Shown: positions 28,101 through 41,657 of the stretch, one piece after another
Position numbering within the stretch: position 1 is the stretch's first letter
Layout of the letters: each line of letters opens with the position of its first letter
Assembly: GCF_009914755.1 (NCBI RefSeq)
Contig: NC_060933.1
Direction: 5' to 3' (one strand)
DNA from: the human T2T-CHM13v2.0 reference genome, Homo sapiens
DNA: 64,000 nt
Notes under the pieces: model-generated
What the model was told of the DNA's origin: nothing
The model's input: the letters and a program-made list of their open reading frames with translations, nothing else
The model's database searches: none
Translations under genes and position numbers: made by a program

Positions 28101-29779
28101 ATATTGAATCTGTTCCATAAACCAAGAACTATTTGTAAAGCAGGAAGGCACAGCTACTTAAATTTTTTTAAATTGACAGTTACTTTAAATTGTTGCATTT
28201 ATTTGAAAACATAAGTAGATTTTACAAAATGTTGTTTTGTAGTTCTGACTTTTTCTTAGTCTTCCTCTAAATTTGTTTCAATTATTAACTATTTTGTCAT
28301 ATTTTCTGTTATAAAATTACCTTAATTATGACTGAGCCTTATGTATTTAAAAAATAATTTTTGGAAGACCTCTTTGAAAGCTGAATTTACAGTTAGCAAT
28401 AAACCATAAGGTATAAACAGCAAGTAGAGTGAGCACTGGGTTTAGAGGAAAATATTGTCAATTGGTTCATAGAAAGGGAAAATAGAAAAATTGAATTAAA
28501 ATAAAAATTTTAAATCTCACACTAGTAAGATATATGAAATTTTGTCTAAAGTTATGTAATGACAAATAATATGATTCTTCTGAACGATTATAGACAAATA
28601 GGTTCCTGCAAGGGCAGTAGATGTACACATACTCTGCATTTTGATTTAAGGATTGACTCCTTTTTGAAATCCAAAATGTGTTAGCCTCTATAAAAAGCTT
28701 AAAGGAAGCTTATAATCTAATAAAACAGGGTTGGCATACAGTTGTGTTTAACTCTGAGGCTTTGAGTTTTATTGGGAGCCAGGGCAAGAGAATAAAGGGA
28801 GTTGGTAATAAATTCGTAAATGGACTTCCCATTCCACATTGGAGGCTTTCTGGAAGAGTTATTTGAGCTTGACTTTTTAAAGGTAATGTCCATGTTGAAA
28901 ATTGTTCAGATTACAAGATAATAAGAGTAGATTTAGATTTAAATTTGAAAATGAAATTTGCAAACAATATGATTAATGCCAACACACTGTGGACTGGTGA
29001 AAGGTCTGTGACATTATTACACAGGAAATGATACAACCAGCATGTTCCCCAAGCTGTGTTTCATGGGCCACTATTTCCGCCTGATAAATAGACCATGAGA
29101 ACAGGATGGACAAGTGAATTTAGAAATAGGATATTATATTGCCCTCTTGGAGAGATCAGTGCCTGTTAGCCTTTTAAAGACTCTTAAGAGGTAGAAGTTT
29201 GGTTTGTTTCCCAAATGTATTTGATTAGAGAACAATTTTAGAAAATGAAACACTTCTGCCTTGTTTCCACCAGTAAGGGACGGGAAATTACTCCCTTCTT
29301 GTATTTTCCTTTTAGATAGGAATGCATGTAGTACTGCGTGACATCATTTAAATGAAAGTTGCCCTGTAGTCTTGTCATTTTTTTGTGCATTTCTTTCACA
29401 CCTAAAATTAATGCTCTCAAGGTTTAAATTTTTATTTGTAAAACTGGCATCTTTGTCCAAGGTAGCTCTTTTTTACATCCAAGAAAAGCAATTTGTCAAA
29501 ATTAAAGCGTACTGCTTTTATCATTATCCTCCATAAGAGAACTGATCATATTCTTTTTGCTTATCTCTAAGATATGCTTTTCCCACTTCTTCACATTCCT
29601 GAAATTGGGATGCATGTGCAATATGAGTGTGTTTGATGTGGTAGGTTTTTCCCCCTAGAAAAGCTATTTTAAAGTCAATGTATATGTCTTCTATTCATCT
29701 GTATCTTAAAACTGAAGAAATGTGCTCTTTTGGTATCTTATACTTTCTTTAGTGGTAAGTTTCAAGTAAGACAAATATG

Positions 29780-30200
29780 TGAAGCTCCTGGGTTTCTAGG
29801 GAACAGACACAGACTCAGGCTACCTTAAGGAGAAGGCAGATTACTGTAAACATAAGAAGGGACTTAAACTAGAATGCTCTTTGGGTCTGAGGCAGTTTTC
29901 TGGATCAGCTGTGGTCTCTATTTCTCTTTCATGGCTAATGTGGTCTATTTGTTTTTGCCTGCCTGCTCTTTAGTTCTACTACCACAGCTAGTCTTTTCTC
30001 TTTTCTCCAGTCCAAATTTAGCAAAGAGCCATTCTGATTGGTTTAATTATAGACACCTTAGCGGAGCATAGCTGAGGACCCAGACAAAGGCCGTTAGGCC
30101 ATCTTGGGTCAGATGCCGACAGTGATGCTGTCAGTCGTCCATCCTAGCACAAAAATGGGCCTGATGCTACTGCCCTGCAGGGAAGGGGGCTGGGCATGCT
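29780..30200. mobile_element. Old MaLR-like LTR fragment
   Basis: aacagacacagactcaggctaccttaagg, tctgattggttt, cttgggtcagatgcc. Confidence 0.45.
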
Positions 30201-31096
30201 AAGCATTCCCATTAATATATTCAGAGAAACAGAAGTAGTCTATCCCTGGTTGATCTAAAGGACAAGTCCAAGAAATGACTTAACAAACTTCTTAATTATG
30301 ACAGACCTCTTATGTGAGGCTATGTAGCTGAGAATAAGGATAAGAGAAATTTCTAGGATTCAGAAGTAACTGGGGCTGCATTTCAGATTGTCTTTTACTT
30401 ACCACCTATAACTGTATAACTGTATTGGATGAGTTGGAGTTCTACAGGCAACTCAGTGAAGCAGAGGGAACAATAAAACTTGACCAGAACAGTTATATAA
30501 ATTATGAAATTTAAAAATGTAGTCTACATTTCATAAACTCAGCAGTTTGCAACATGTGTATTACACTTTGATATGCCAAGCAACTTTTCTATAACAACTT
30601 AATCAATGGGTATACTTTTGCCATTTTTTCCTCTGAAGTTTTCACTCTACAATTCTTGAGATTTTCGGCTCTAACGCAGACATGTGGATTGATGGTTCTC
30701 TCTCATTCTTTTATGAGTGATGAACACACAGTACTACTTCTGTGGGCCCGTGGGCCCTAGAGATGACTGTAACCTGCTATTGATCAGCTGATTGAAGATA
30801 AATGGCTTAGCTGCTTGTATTGCAGATTACATCATTAACATGGTCAGTAAACCATGAATTGTTCAATAAGGCGTTTATCTTTTTTCATTTTACTTTTGCT
30901 CTTTTGTCATTTTTATTAGAAAAGACAAAATTACCCACACTAACCAGCAAGATCAGTAGAAAAGAGATCCAGTAGGGTACCATTATGGCTGCAAAGTTGC
31001 AGACATCTAACTTCTAATGGTTTAATAATATTTAGTATGTTTTTGAACTGAAGAAAATATAGAGTTTTAATAATCTTTTTTGTGTTTCTTTTACAG

Positions 31097-31198
31097 CTTC
31101 CTTTTGCCTCATATTTACTAGAAGCAGTACTGGAAAAAATAAATGAAAAAAAGAAACTAGTTGAAGGATATTTCACAATTATGAAAGATATTAGATGA
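31097..31198 (+). CDS. CNTLN: Centlein last exon, coding part LPFASYLLEAVLEKINEKKKLVEGYFTIMKDIR*
   Basis: Acceptor ttttacAG|CTT; in frame with the previous exon; TGA at 31196-31198. Confidence 0.95.
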   Translation, partial: LPFASYLLEAVLEKINEKKKLVEGYFTIMKDIR

Positions 31199-31681
31199 TA
31201 TTAAAATGGAGAGCTTTATTGCAAATGTGAAAACTTTTTATGTGGTGTGATTGGAATACATGCATTGCAATCCTGACACGGTATCTGCTCCAACTATCAA
31301 TAGTCAGGTTCAATACCAAAATAAGAAGTCTCTGAAAATAATTAATTGCTGAACAAGTGAAACTAATTAAGTACATAGCCATTTAAAAGGAAATAGTGTA
31401 GCATCTGATGGTCGAATACAAATATTGCCACAAATCAGTGCAAACTTAAAAATGATTTTCCTTCTAGTGCATTAAAAGAAACTGAGCAGGCTTGGTACAC
31501 ACAAATTGGCCTGAGCATAAGAAGAAAAAGTATCAACTAAGGATTTAATGTTTTACGTTTCATGAAGAAACTAGACTTTTTACATAAAACTGCTATAGAT
31601 GGCCATAAGTGGTCCAGGGAGCAACAGATTTGTAGTATGAGCAAATATAAAATGAAGCATCATAACTTGAGCATTTATTGA

Positions 31682-31687
31682 AATAAA
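31682..31687 (+). terminator. Candidate proximal poly(A) signal AATAAA
   Basis: AATAAA followed by GT-rich sequence (ttgatgtgctggtttatgt). Confidence 0.4.
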
Positions 31688-32019
31688 TTGTGTGGTCCAA
31701 TTGAATCTGTTCTCATTGATGTGCTGGTTTATGTAGGAGATACTGTGTATTTCTACAACTCTTTGGCAAAAACAAAAACATTTTCTTCTTCTCTCTCTTA
31801 ACTTCACAATACTATACGTTGTGTAGTCATATAAATTTGCAGGGAACCACAAACCCAATGTATAAAATTAGGCTCTATTTAACAGAACTACTACTGTGGT
31901 CAGCTAATTAAAGTTACATTCTTAACCATGATGTCATCCTTATTTAGATTCCTGAACATTCCCACCTCATTTCACCTCTTCACCGTGTTCCTGCCATACC
32001 CTTTTTGGTTCCTCTAATT

Positions 32020-32270
32020 CACCATACTGGTGCCTGCCTCCCACATTTGCCCTTGGTCTTCTCTCTTTCTAGAATACTCTGCACTCAACTTTCCTCATGG
32101 CTGGCTCCTTGTCATCATTCAGCTCCACCTTCCCCGGTCCCTCAGAGACACATTCTCTGACCAGCTTACTATTTTATTTCCTCATAGCACAAAATTATCT
32201 ATCTGTTCATGTATTTGTTTTCTTGTTTATTTTCTTCTTTTCCCTCTTTAGTATGTAGGTCCCATGAGAT
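32020..32270 (+). mobile_element. L2 3' fragment within the 3' UTR
   Basis: ggctggctccttgtcatcattcagctc...tatgtaggtcccatgag. Confidence 0.65.
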
Positions 32271-32275
32271 TAAGG

Positions 32276-32953
32276 CAAGGGTTGGCAGATTATAGCCTGC
32301 AGGGCGAATCTGGCCTGCCACCTGTTTTGTATGGCCCACAAGCTAAGAATGGTTTTTGCCTTATTAAATGGTTTTTAAAAAATCAAAAGGAGAATAATAT
32401 TTTGTAGCATGTGAAAATTATATAAAATTCAAATTTTGGTGTCTGTTAATAAAGTTTTATTGGAACACAGTGGTGCTCATTCATTTCTTTACTGTTTATG
32501 GCTGCTTTCACACTACATGAGTGTAGTTGAATAGTAGTTAATGGAAGAGACTGTGCTTCTCTCCTGCTTGGAATGCTACAGATAACAATGACACAGTTAC
32601 AACTTGACAGAATTTTAGGTGACACAAATACTGCCTTACTGCAATTAAAAAAAAATACCAGTACACACTTTTCATGTCAAAACAGGAAAAGAAGAAAGAA
32701 ATGACCATCAAATGTCACACACTTAAGGCACAATGAAGTGTGGATTTTGTTATTGAATTGGATGGCGAAGCATTGTGTTTATTATGTGATGACACTGTAT
32801 ACCCAAAGAATGCAATTAAAACATTACCATACTAAGCATTCATCACAATATTCCCAACTCACAGGAAAGCACGAGTAATAAAAAATTACAAAACTTAAAA
32901 TGTAATACCTCATTACGACAGAATTTTATTACAAAGGTAAAAATGAGACTGCT
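32276..32953 (+). mobile_element. Cheshire (autonomous MER58-family hAT) 5' end with decayed transposase N-terminus
   Basis: MER58-type 5' end; ATG at 32674 MSKQEKKK, then IELDGEALCLLCDD and HYHTKH (BED/Buster-like Zn finger) with frameshifts. Confidence 0.8.
32448..32453 (+). terminator. Candidate distal poly(A) signal AATAAA inside Cheshire/MER58 sequence
   Basis: gtctgttAATAAAgttttattggaacacag, followed by T/GT-rich sequence. Confidence 0.6.
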
Positions 32954-33005
32954 AGTATGACCTTGATACCAAGACTAAACAAAGACAGTGTACAAAAAAA
33001 GAAAA

Positions 33006-33503
33006 TATGGTAGACTGAGAAATGGCCCCTGAAGATGTTCACTCCTTAGTCCCCGAAACCTGCGAATGTGTTACTTTATATGTCAAAAGGAAATTTGCAA
33101 ATATGATTAAGTCAAGGATCTTGAATGGGAAGATTATCTTGGATTACCGATGTGAGCCTGATGAAACCACAAGTGCTCTTATGAGAGGGAGGTAGGAAGA
33201 GTCAGAGAGAGAGAATAATGTTACCAGAGAGGTAGAAAGAGAAATTTGAAGATGCCACAGTACTGGCTTAAAATATGGAGGAAACGGCCATGAGCCAAAG
33301 GATGTGGATGGCCCTTGGAGACCAGAAAAGGCAAGGAAACAGATTCTTCCTGGAGCCTTAGGAAAAGCTCAGTCCTGTCAGCACCTTGACTTTACCCCAG
33401 TGAAACTGATTTTGGACATCTAGAACTGTAAGATAATATATTTTATCTAATTTAAGCCACTAAGTTTGTGGTACTTTGTGACTGCAGCAATAGAAAACAA
33501 ATA
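33006..33503 (+). mobile_element. MLT1D-like MaLR solo LTR inserted in L1
   Basis: tatggtagactgagaaatggcccc...gcagcaatagaaaac. Confidence 0.85.
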
Positions 33504-33561
33504 GAATTTGCCAGAAATCTGTTTAGAAGTTTTACATCTATGTTCATGAGGGATATTGGTC

Positions 33562-34950
33562 AAAAGATACACAATCAAAGCTGGTTCAATCAGTGTAAAC
33601 CACCATATTAAGAGGCTAAAAATACCCCACAATCATAAAATTTGATATAGAAAAAGCATGTGACAAAAATTGGCACTCATTTATTTTAAAAAAAAACTCA
33701 GAAAACTATAAATAGGAACTTCTCAATTTGATAAGACCATCTTTTAAAAGCCTACAGCTAACATTGTATGTAATGGTGAAGACCAAACACTTCCCCCTAT
33801 AATCAGGAAGAAGGCAAAGATTTCAACTCTCACCACTCTCTCTCAACATAACGTGGGAAATTCTAGCCAGCCTAATAAGGCAAGAAAAGGAAATAAAAGG
33901 CATCCAGATTGGAAAGGAAAAAGAAAAATAACCACTCAAAACAAAAACAAAAAACTTTACAGAATTAATGAGTCCAGCAAGATCTCAAGATACAAAATCA
34001 ACATGGAAAGATTGTGTTTCTATACACTAGTAAGCTAGTAAAAAAATGTGGAAAATGAAATTAAAAATACAATACAATGTACAATTTCCCGAAAAAGAGA
34101 AATACTTAGGTATAAAACCTGCAAAACATGCATAGTACTTGTGTATGAAAATTATAAAACACTAGCGAAAGAAATGAAAAAGATCTAATAAATTAGGAGA
34201 CATAGTAAGACCATGGGTTAGGATACTTATGTTAAAGATGCCAGCTGTCTCCAAATTTATATAGAGATTTAACACAATTCCTACCAACATCACAGCAAGA
34301 GATTTAGGAAATAGAGAACATTTTTCTAAAATGTATATGGGAACTCAGAAACTAGAATAGCTTTTAAGTAAAACTAAGAGCATAATAGTGGGAGACATCA
34401 CTTTACCCAGTTTCAAGGTGTATTAAATAGCTACACTAATCATGAGTGTGTGGTGCTGGCAGGTAGAGGGCTGGACAAATAAATCAATGAAAAAGAATAG
34501 AGAACCAAGAAATACACCTAAGCAAATATGCCCAACTGATTTGAGACAAAGGTTCAAAAGCAATTCAATAGAGGCATAATCACCTTTTTGACAAATGGTC
34601 CTGAAGCAGTTGGGCATCTTGGGTTAAAAAAAAAAAAATCTTGACCTAAACCTCACACATCACACATTCAGACATAAATTACATCAAAATGGGTCAACAT
34701 TTAAATGTAAAATGTAGAATATAACATGAGAGAAAATCTTCAGGACCTCAGATTTGGTGAAGAATTTCTAGCCATGACACCAGAAGCATGATGCAAAAAA
34801 GAAAAATTGATAAGTTTTACTTCATCAAAATTAAAAACTTTCACCCTGGGAATAGACAAGCTACAGACTGGGAGAAAACATTTGCAAATCACTGACAAAG
34901 GATTCATATCTAAAATAAACAATTCCCAAAACTCAACAGTAAACAACAAC
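33562..34950 (+). mobile_element. L1M ORF2 fragment (begins at 32955-33005, before the MLT1D)
   Basis: cctacagctaacat, aggcatccagattggaaaggaa, acttcatcaaaattaaaaactt. Confidence 0.85.
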
Positions 34951-35384
34951 AAGGCAGTCCTCTGTGAGTAACATTTATTTATATCCTGGGAAATTATGAA
35001 ATAAGCTTGGGGCTATGGCTGCTATAAGTGAAAGTTGTCGTGTTTATGTGTGTTTCAGAATATGGGACAGCGGAAAGAGTGAATTTCATTCTTCAACGCC
35101 AGCCCTTACTCATCTACTGACAGCTTTGCCTATTTTAATTTCTTCTCCATATTATGCAGGATTCTTCCCAGTAGCAAAAATGACCTTTGGATTTAGAGGG
35201 TCGAAAGTGAAAATTACTATAATAAATTTGTAGCCACAACAAGAGAAGCTTACTTAATGTTCTCAAATAATTGTAAAAACAAACAAAATGTACCAGAAAA
35301 CATTTGAGAGAGCCTTTTATTGGCCTATGTTCAGAAGAGTTCATGAGATACATGGGCAGAAGAGTTGCTATTTTTTTCCTCTTA

Positions 35385-36097
35385 AAAAATTTTTAATTGA
35401 TACATAATTTTACATACGTATGGGGTAAAATAGAATGTTTCAATGCATGCGTACATTGGGTAATAATTAAATCAGGGTAATTATATCTGTCACCTCAAAC
35501 ATTTATTACTTATTTGTCTTAAGAACATTCAAAATCCTGTCTTTATTTTATTTTAGATTCAGTGGGTACGTGTGTAGGTTTGCTAAATGAATACATTGCA
35601 TGATTCTGAGCTTTGAGTTTCTAATAATCTCATCACCCAAGTAGCAAACAGTACCTGATACATAGTTTTTCAACCCTCTCTCCCTCCTTTTCCCCACTTT
35701 TGGAATCCCCAGTGCTTATTGTTTCCATCTTTGTATTTGTGTGTACCCAATGTTTATCTCCCACTTTTAAATGAGAACATGAGGTATTTTGTTTTCTGTT
35801 TCTGTATTAATTTGCTTAGGTCAGTGACTTCTAGCTCCATTTCCACTGTTGCACAGGCTATGCTTTTGTTCTTTTTTATGGCTGCATAGTATTCCATGGT
35901 GTATATATCTTCCACATTTTCTTTATCCAATCCACCATTGATAGGCACTTGGGTTGATTCCATATCCTTGCTATTGTGAAGAATGCTGCTATGAACATAC
36001 AAATGCAGATATCATTTTAATAGAATGATTTACTTTCCTTTGCATATATAACTACTAATTGGGTTACTGGGTCAAATAGTAATTCGGTTTTTAGTTC
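35385..36097 (-). mobile_element. L1MA-type 3' tip plus L1PB/PA16-type 3' end
   Basis: ctcccacttttaaatgagaacatgagg, gctgcatagtattccatggtg. Confidence 0.8.
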
Positions 36098-36784
36098 GAA
36101 GAGTTGCTATTTCTAATTCCTACATTTCCATGCACGTAACTGCCTTTGGTATTAACACAAATTTATATAAGTGGCTTAATATAATGGATAAAAATGACTT
36201 TTTTGTTGCCTGTGACATGAAATCTTTCATCCAAAAGATGATTTTTTAAAAAAGCTTCGACTTTTAATTTTTAAATACACAGACATATTTGATCAGAAAT
36301 TTTTTTCTGCTCACCAAGGAATGGTAGACACTACAAACACTTCTGCGCATAGTCCAATCCTCAGTTTCCTTCTTTCTTCAGCAGACACAGTCTACAAAAC
36401 CAGAGTTTTGACATCAGCTCCTTCCAACACTTTTTGCCACATTCAACTTTCCTTTCACCTAGGAAATGATCATTAGGGATAATTTAAAAGAAGGTGGTGC
36501 CCCTGCCTTCTGTACTCTTACATTTTGTGTTAGAGAAAATGTTGCTCTTTGTTAATGCTGACCCTAGCGTGAAGGCCTCAGAGTCACCCAGAGAGAAGTA
36601 TTAGAGACTTCCCTGGGTTCATGCTCCACCCTGTAGGTCAGAATTGTTTTAGCATACAACCCTCTGTGTTCTTCCTTAGTGCACTAACCGTGACACTCTC
36701 CTCATGAATTCAGTGATGGACCCAAGGCAGAAAAAGAAAAGCATAGTCAAGACATTTTTATTTTCCAGATTTTTCTTTATTTTT

Positions 36785-37375
36785 ATATGACATTTTATTT
36801 CAAGATAATTTAACATTCACAAGAAGTTGCAAAAATAGTAAGCAGAGTTTTTGAATACACTTCACCCAGATTCCCTGAATGGTAACATCTTACATAACCA
36901 CAGTACACTGTCCAAACCAGGAAGATGGCATTGGTACAATATTTTTAACTCAAATATAGACCATAGATGGATTTAAGTTTTTACATTCACTTCGTTGGAG
37001 TGTTTTTAGGACATTTTGTCACATGTATAGATTATACAAGCATTACCACAATTGAGATACAGAACTGTTCCATCAGCACAAAGACTATTCCTCATGTTAC
37101 CCCTTAGCACTCACACCCTCCCTTTAACTCTAATCCCTGGCCGCCACCGACCTGTTCATCATCACTATAATTTTGTCACTGAGAGTGTTATATAAATGGA
37201 ATTATGGAATGTATAGCCTTTTGACATTGGCTTCTTTCAGAGAGCATAATGTCCTTGAAATCCATCTAAATCATTGTATATATCAATAGCCCACTTATTT
37301 TTAATTGCTGAGTAGCATCTCATTATATGGACATACCACAATTGGTTTATTCATTTACCCGTCAAAGGACACGTG
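36785..37375 (-). mobile_element. L1MC-type 3' end, continuing at 39343-39630
   Basis: cacaagaagttgcaaaaatagta...aaggacac, resuming as agttttggctattg after the ERV-L. Confidence 0.8.
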
Positions 37376-38949
37376 CAATTACACACCACTCTTGAAGGTC
37401 AGGGACTAGGAAAGAATATGATTGAAAAATTGGTTACAATGAAATCTGGAGAAGAGGTTTTTAGATGGACCCCTCTGAATGAGCAAATAATGTGAAGATA
37501 TTTACATCCCATGTCATGCTCACCAAAGGGTGACCTCAGCGAGGAGGATTTTAATAATCAAATTGATAGGATAGGATAACCTGCTCTGTAGATGCACGTC
37601 AGCTTCTTTCTCCAACCACCCCTGTCTTTGCCCAGTGGGCTTCTGAGCAAAGTGGCCATGGTGGCAGGGATAGAAGTTATGGCATATGCTCAGAAGCAGG
37701 AATTTTCACTCACCAAGGCTGACCTGGCTATGGCCACTACTGAGTGCCCAATCTTTCAGTAGCACAGACCAACACTCAGCCCTTGATATGGCACCATTTC
37801 CTGGGGGTGATCAGCCAGCTACCTGGTGGCATGTTGATTACATTGGACCACTGCCATCATGGAAGGGGCCAGGTTTTGTTCTTACTAGAATAGACACTCT
37901 GGATGTGGGTTTGCCTTATTTGCACAAAATGCTTCTGCCAAAACTACCATCTGTGGACTTACAGAATGCCTTATCCACCACCATGGCATTGCACACAGCA
38001 TTGTTTGTGATCAAGGAAGTTACTTCAAGCAAATGAAGTGTGGCAATGGGCCTGTGCTCATGAAATTCATGTTCGTCACCATCCTAAATCAGCTGGTTTG
38101 ATAGAATAGTGGAATGGCCTTTTGAAGACTGTTACAGTGCCAGATAGGAAGTAAAACTTTGCAAGGTATGGCAAAGTTCCCCAGAAGGCTGTATACACTT
38201 GAAATCAGTGTCTAATATATGGTGCCATTTCTCCCATAGCCAGGGTTCATGGATCCACAAATCAGGGGGTGGAATTGGGAGTGGCACCACTCATCATTAT
38301 CCCTAGTGACCTATTAGCAAAATGTTTGCTTCCTGTTCTTGTGACTTTATGCTTTCCTATCCTAGAGGTCTTAGTTCCAAAGAGAGAGATGCTTCCACCA
38401 GGAGACACAACACTGATTTCATTGCACTGGAATTTAAAACTGCTGCCTGGCTGCTTTGGCTTCCTCATGCTTCCAAAGCAACAGACAAAGAAGGGGGTTA
38501 CATTGCTGGCTGGGGTGAGTGATCCTGACTACCAAGGGGAAATTGGACTACTACTCTACAATGGAGGTAAGGAAGAATATATCTGGAATACAGGTGATCC
38601 TTTACGGTATCTCTTAGTATTACTATGCCATGTGGTTAAAGTCAATGAAAAACTACCACAACCCAATTCATTCAGGACTGCTAATGGCCCAGACACTTCA
38701 GGATTGAAGGTTTGGGTTTCCCACCAAGAAAAGAACTACAACCAGCTGAGGTGTTTGGTGAGGGGAAAGGGAATAGGGAATAAGTAGTTGAAGAAAGTTG
38801 TTAGAAATACCACATAACCACAGTGACCATATGACCATAGTGACCACATGACCAATTACATAAATGAGAAATACATTTATCTGAGTATTTCCTCCATATT
38901 TTGAAATGAATATGTTTGTGCATGTGTGTTCAGTTGACAAGGGTGGACT
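37376..38949 (+). mobile_element. ERV-L internal remnant: RNase H end, integrase, dUTPase, PPT
   Basis: WHVDYIGPLPSWKG (integrase); GVSDPDYQGEI (dUTPase motif 3); gacaagggtggact abutting the LTR. Confidence 0.92.
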
Positions 38950-39342
38950 TGATGAATTTTGTGTGTCAACCTGATTGGGTCATGGTGCTCAGATATGTGG
39001 TCAGACATTCTGGATGTTTCTGTGAGCATGTTTTTGGATGAGATTAACCTTTAAGTCAGTGGACTTTCAGTAAAGCAGATTGCCCTCCATAATGTGGGAT
39101 GGGCCTCATTCAGTTAGTTGAGTACAAGAAAAAGACTACTGTCCCCCAAGCAAGAGAGAAGTCTGCTAGCAGTTTGCCTTTGGACTTGAATTACAACATT
39201 GGCTCTTTCTGGGTCTCCAGCCTGCCTGCCCACTCTGCAGATTTTGGACTTGCTAGGCTCCATAATTCCATGAGGAAACTCCTCAGAATAAATCTGTCTG
39301 TTTCCCCATGTTGGTTCTGTTTTCCTAGAGAACCCTAATACA
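38950..39342 (+). mobile_element. MLT2 3' LTR of the ERV-L
   Basis: tg...tgtgtcaacctgattggg...gagaaccctaataca. Confidence 0.9.
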
Positions 39343-39864
39343 CCAAGTTTTGGCTATTGCATATAAAGCTATCATGAATATTCAAGTACAGGTTTTTGTA
39401 TGAACATAAGTTTTCACTTCTCTAGAGGAATTACCCACAAATATGATTGCTGGGTCATATAGTAAGTGTGTGTTTAAATTTATAAGAAACTGCAAAAGTG
39501 TTTTCTAGGGTAGCTATAACACTCTGCAACCCCACCAACCATGTCTGAGAGATGAAGTTGGTCTGCATCTTCTCCAGGACTTGGTACTCTTAATAGTTTT
39601 AACTATTCTAATGGGTATGTAGTAGAGATATTTTTCTTTTTGAGTTCTAGTCCAGCTCCACCATTCTCACCCCAACATTTGTCATCATTTTTTGTTTTTC
39701 TGTCTCCAAAACCTGCTTATGTGGTCTTTTTAGAAAGCATGGGATGATAAGGACAGGTTGATGGGAATTGGATCAGACATATATAACTCTTCTCCAGAAC
39801 TATTACCTGGACAATCACCTCCCAGCAATTATCATGGGTTTTACAAGGAACTTTGAAAAAGCAG

Positions 39865-40176
39865 GTGTCATTATCTATCACTGCATAATAAATTTCTCTA
39901 AAACCTAGTGGCTTAAAACTACATTTATTTGGGCCAGTGTCTGTGGATCAAGAATCTGGGTCCTCTGACACTGGATCTCTCACAAGGCTGCAGTCATCGC
40001 AAGGCTTGACTCAGAAGGATTCACTTCCTAGCTCTTCCATATGGCTGTTGGCAGGATTCAGTTCCACACAGTTCAGTTGTTCTCAGTTGGACTTAGGGCT
40101 TCCTTGCTAGCTATTGGTTGGAGTCTGTCCTCAGTCCTTTGCCACTCGAGTCTCTTCAATATGGCAACTTGCTTTA

Positions 40177-40216
<40 letters not shown>

Positions 40217-40322
40217 GCACACGTGCACACCCACACACACACACCAGGAGGGGATTAGACAAGAGCGTGAATAACAAGTGGTGGGAATTATTAGGAGCCA
40301 TTTCATGAGCTGCCCACCACAG
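39865..40322 (-). mobile_element. MLT1E/F-like MaLR LTR
   Basis: aaaacctagtggcttaaaac, ctctcacaaggctgca, ggctgttggcaggattcagttcc. Confidence 0.75.
40177..40243. repeat. (TC)n(CA)n compound microsatellite
   Basis: Read directly from the sequence. Confidence 0.95.
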
Positions 40323-40883
40323 CAGGTGTTTAGGTTTGGTGCTCTAGATAAAGGGGAGGCTACTGGGGAAATTGCCTTGAAGCTGTCTGCAAGGTGAGCA
40401 TAGAGTGGACTTAGAATAAATATTTATTTGTGAAGGTTTAGGGGAGGAAGACAGATGCAGCTTATGGGTTGCAAAATTACAACTACTTCTTGGTACCACC
40501 ATAGGATATACATAAAAAGAACCCCGCCTAGAGTGAGGTCTGTCACATAAAGATGCTCAACAGGTGAAATTATGGAGGTATTTAATACCATTTCTAGACT
40601 TGAGATCAAGAGGTTGGGACAGCACAATTATTCTTCCACAGTAAATGAACTAAAACCAGTGTCAGAAATCTACAAATTTAAAAGGCCAACTAAGTCCATT
40701 CTATAGACCTTTCTCAGATTTGAACTGTGGAAACAATGTTGAAAGCAGGAAGCAGGCAGTGTAAAGCATTAGAGATTCAAAGCTAAAGTAGAATAAGCCC
40801 TGGACCCCTGAAATCTACATACCGTATCAGTAGCCTTAGGAGGCCTTTTATCAATTTAAACTGAAGCTAAAGAATACTTTTCA

Positions 40884-41657
<774 letters not shown>

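Larger units (their letters stand above)
31199..32470 (+). other. CNTLN: CNTLN 3' UTR (end inferred)
   Basis: Follows the stop codon; AATAAA at 31682 and 32448; contains an L2 fragment and the 5' end of Cheshire. Confidence 0.65.

Noticed and set aside
29548-29722. Possible MER104/Tc2-like MITE
   Set aside because: Termini too degenerate to call by eye
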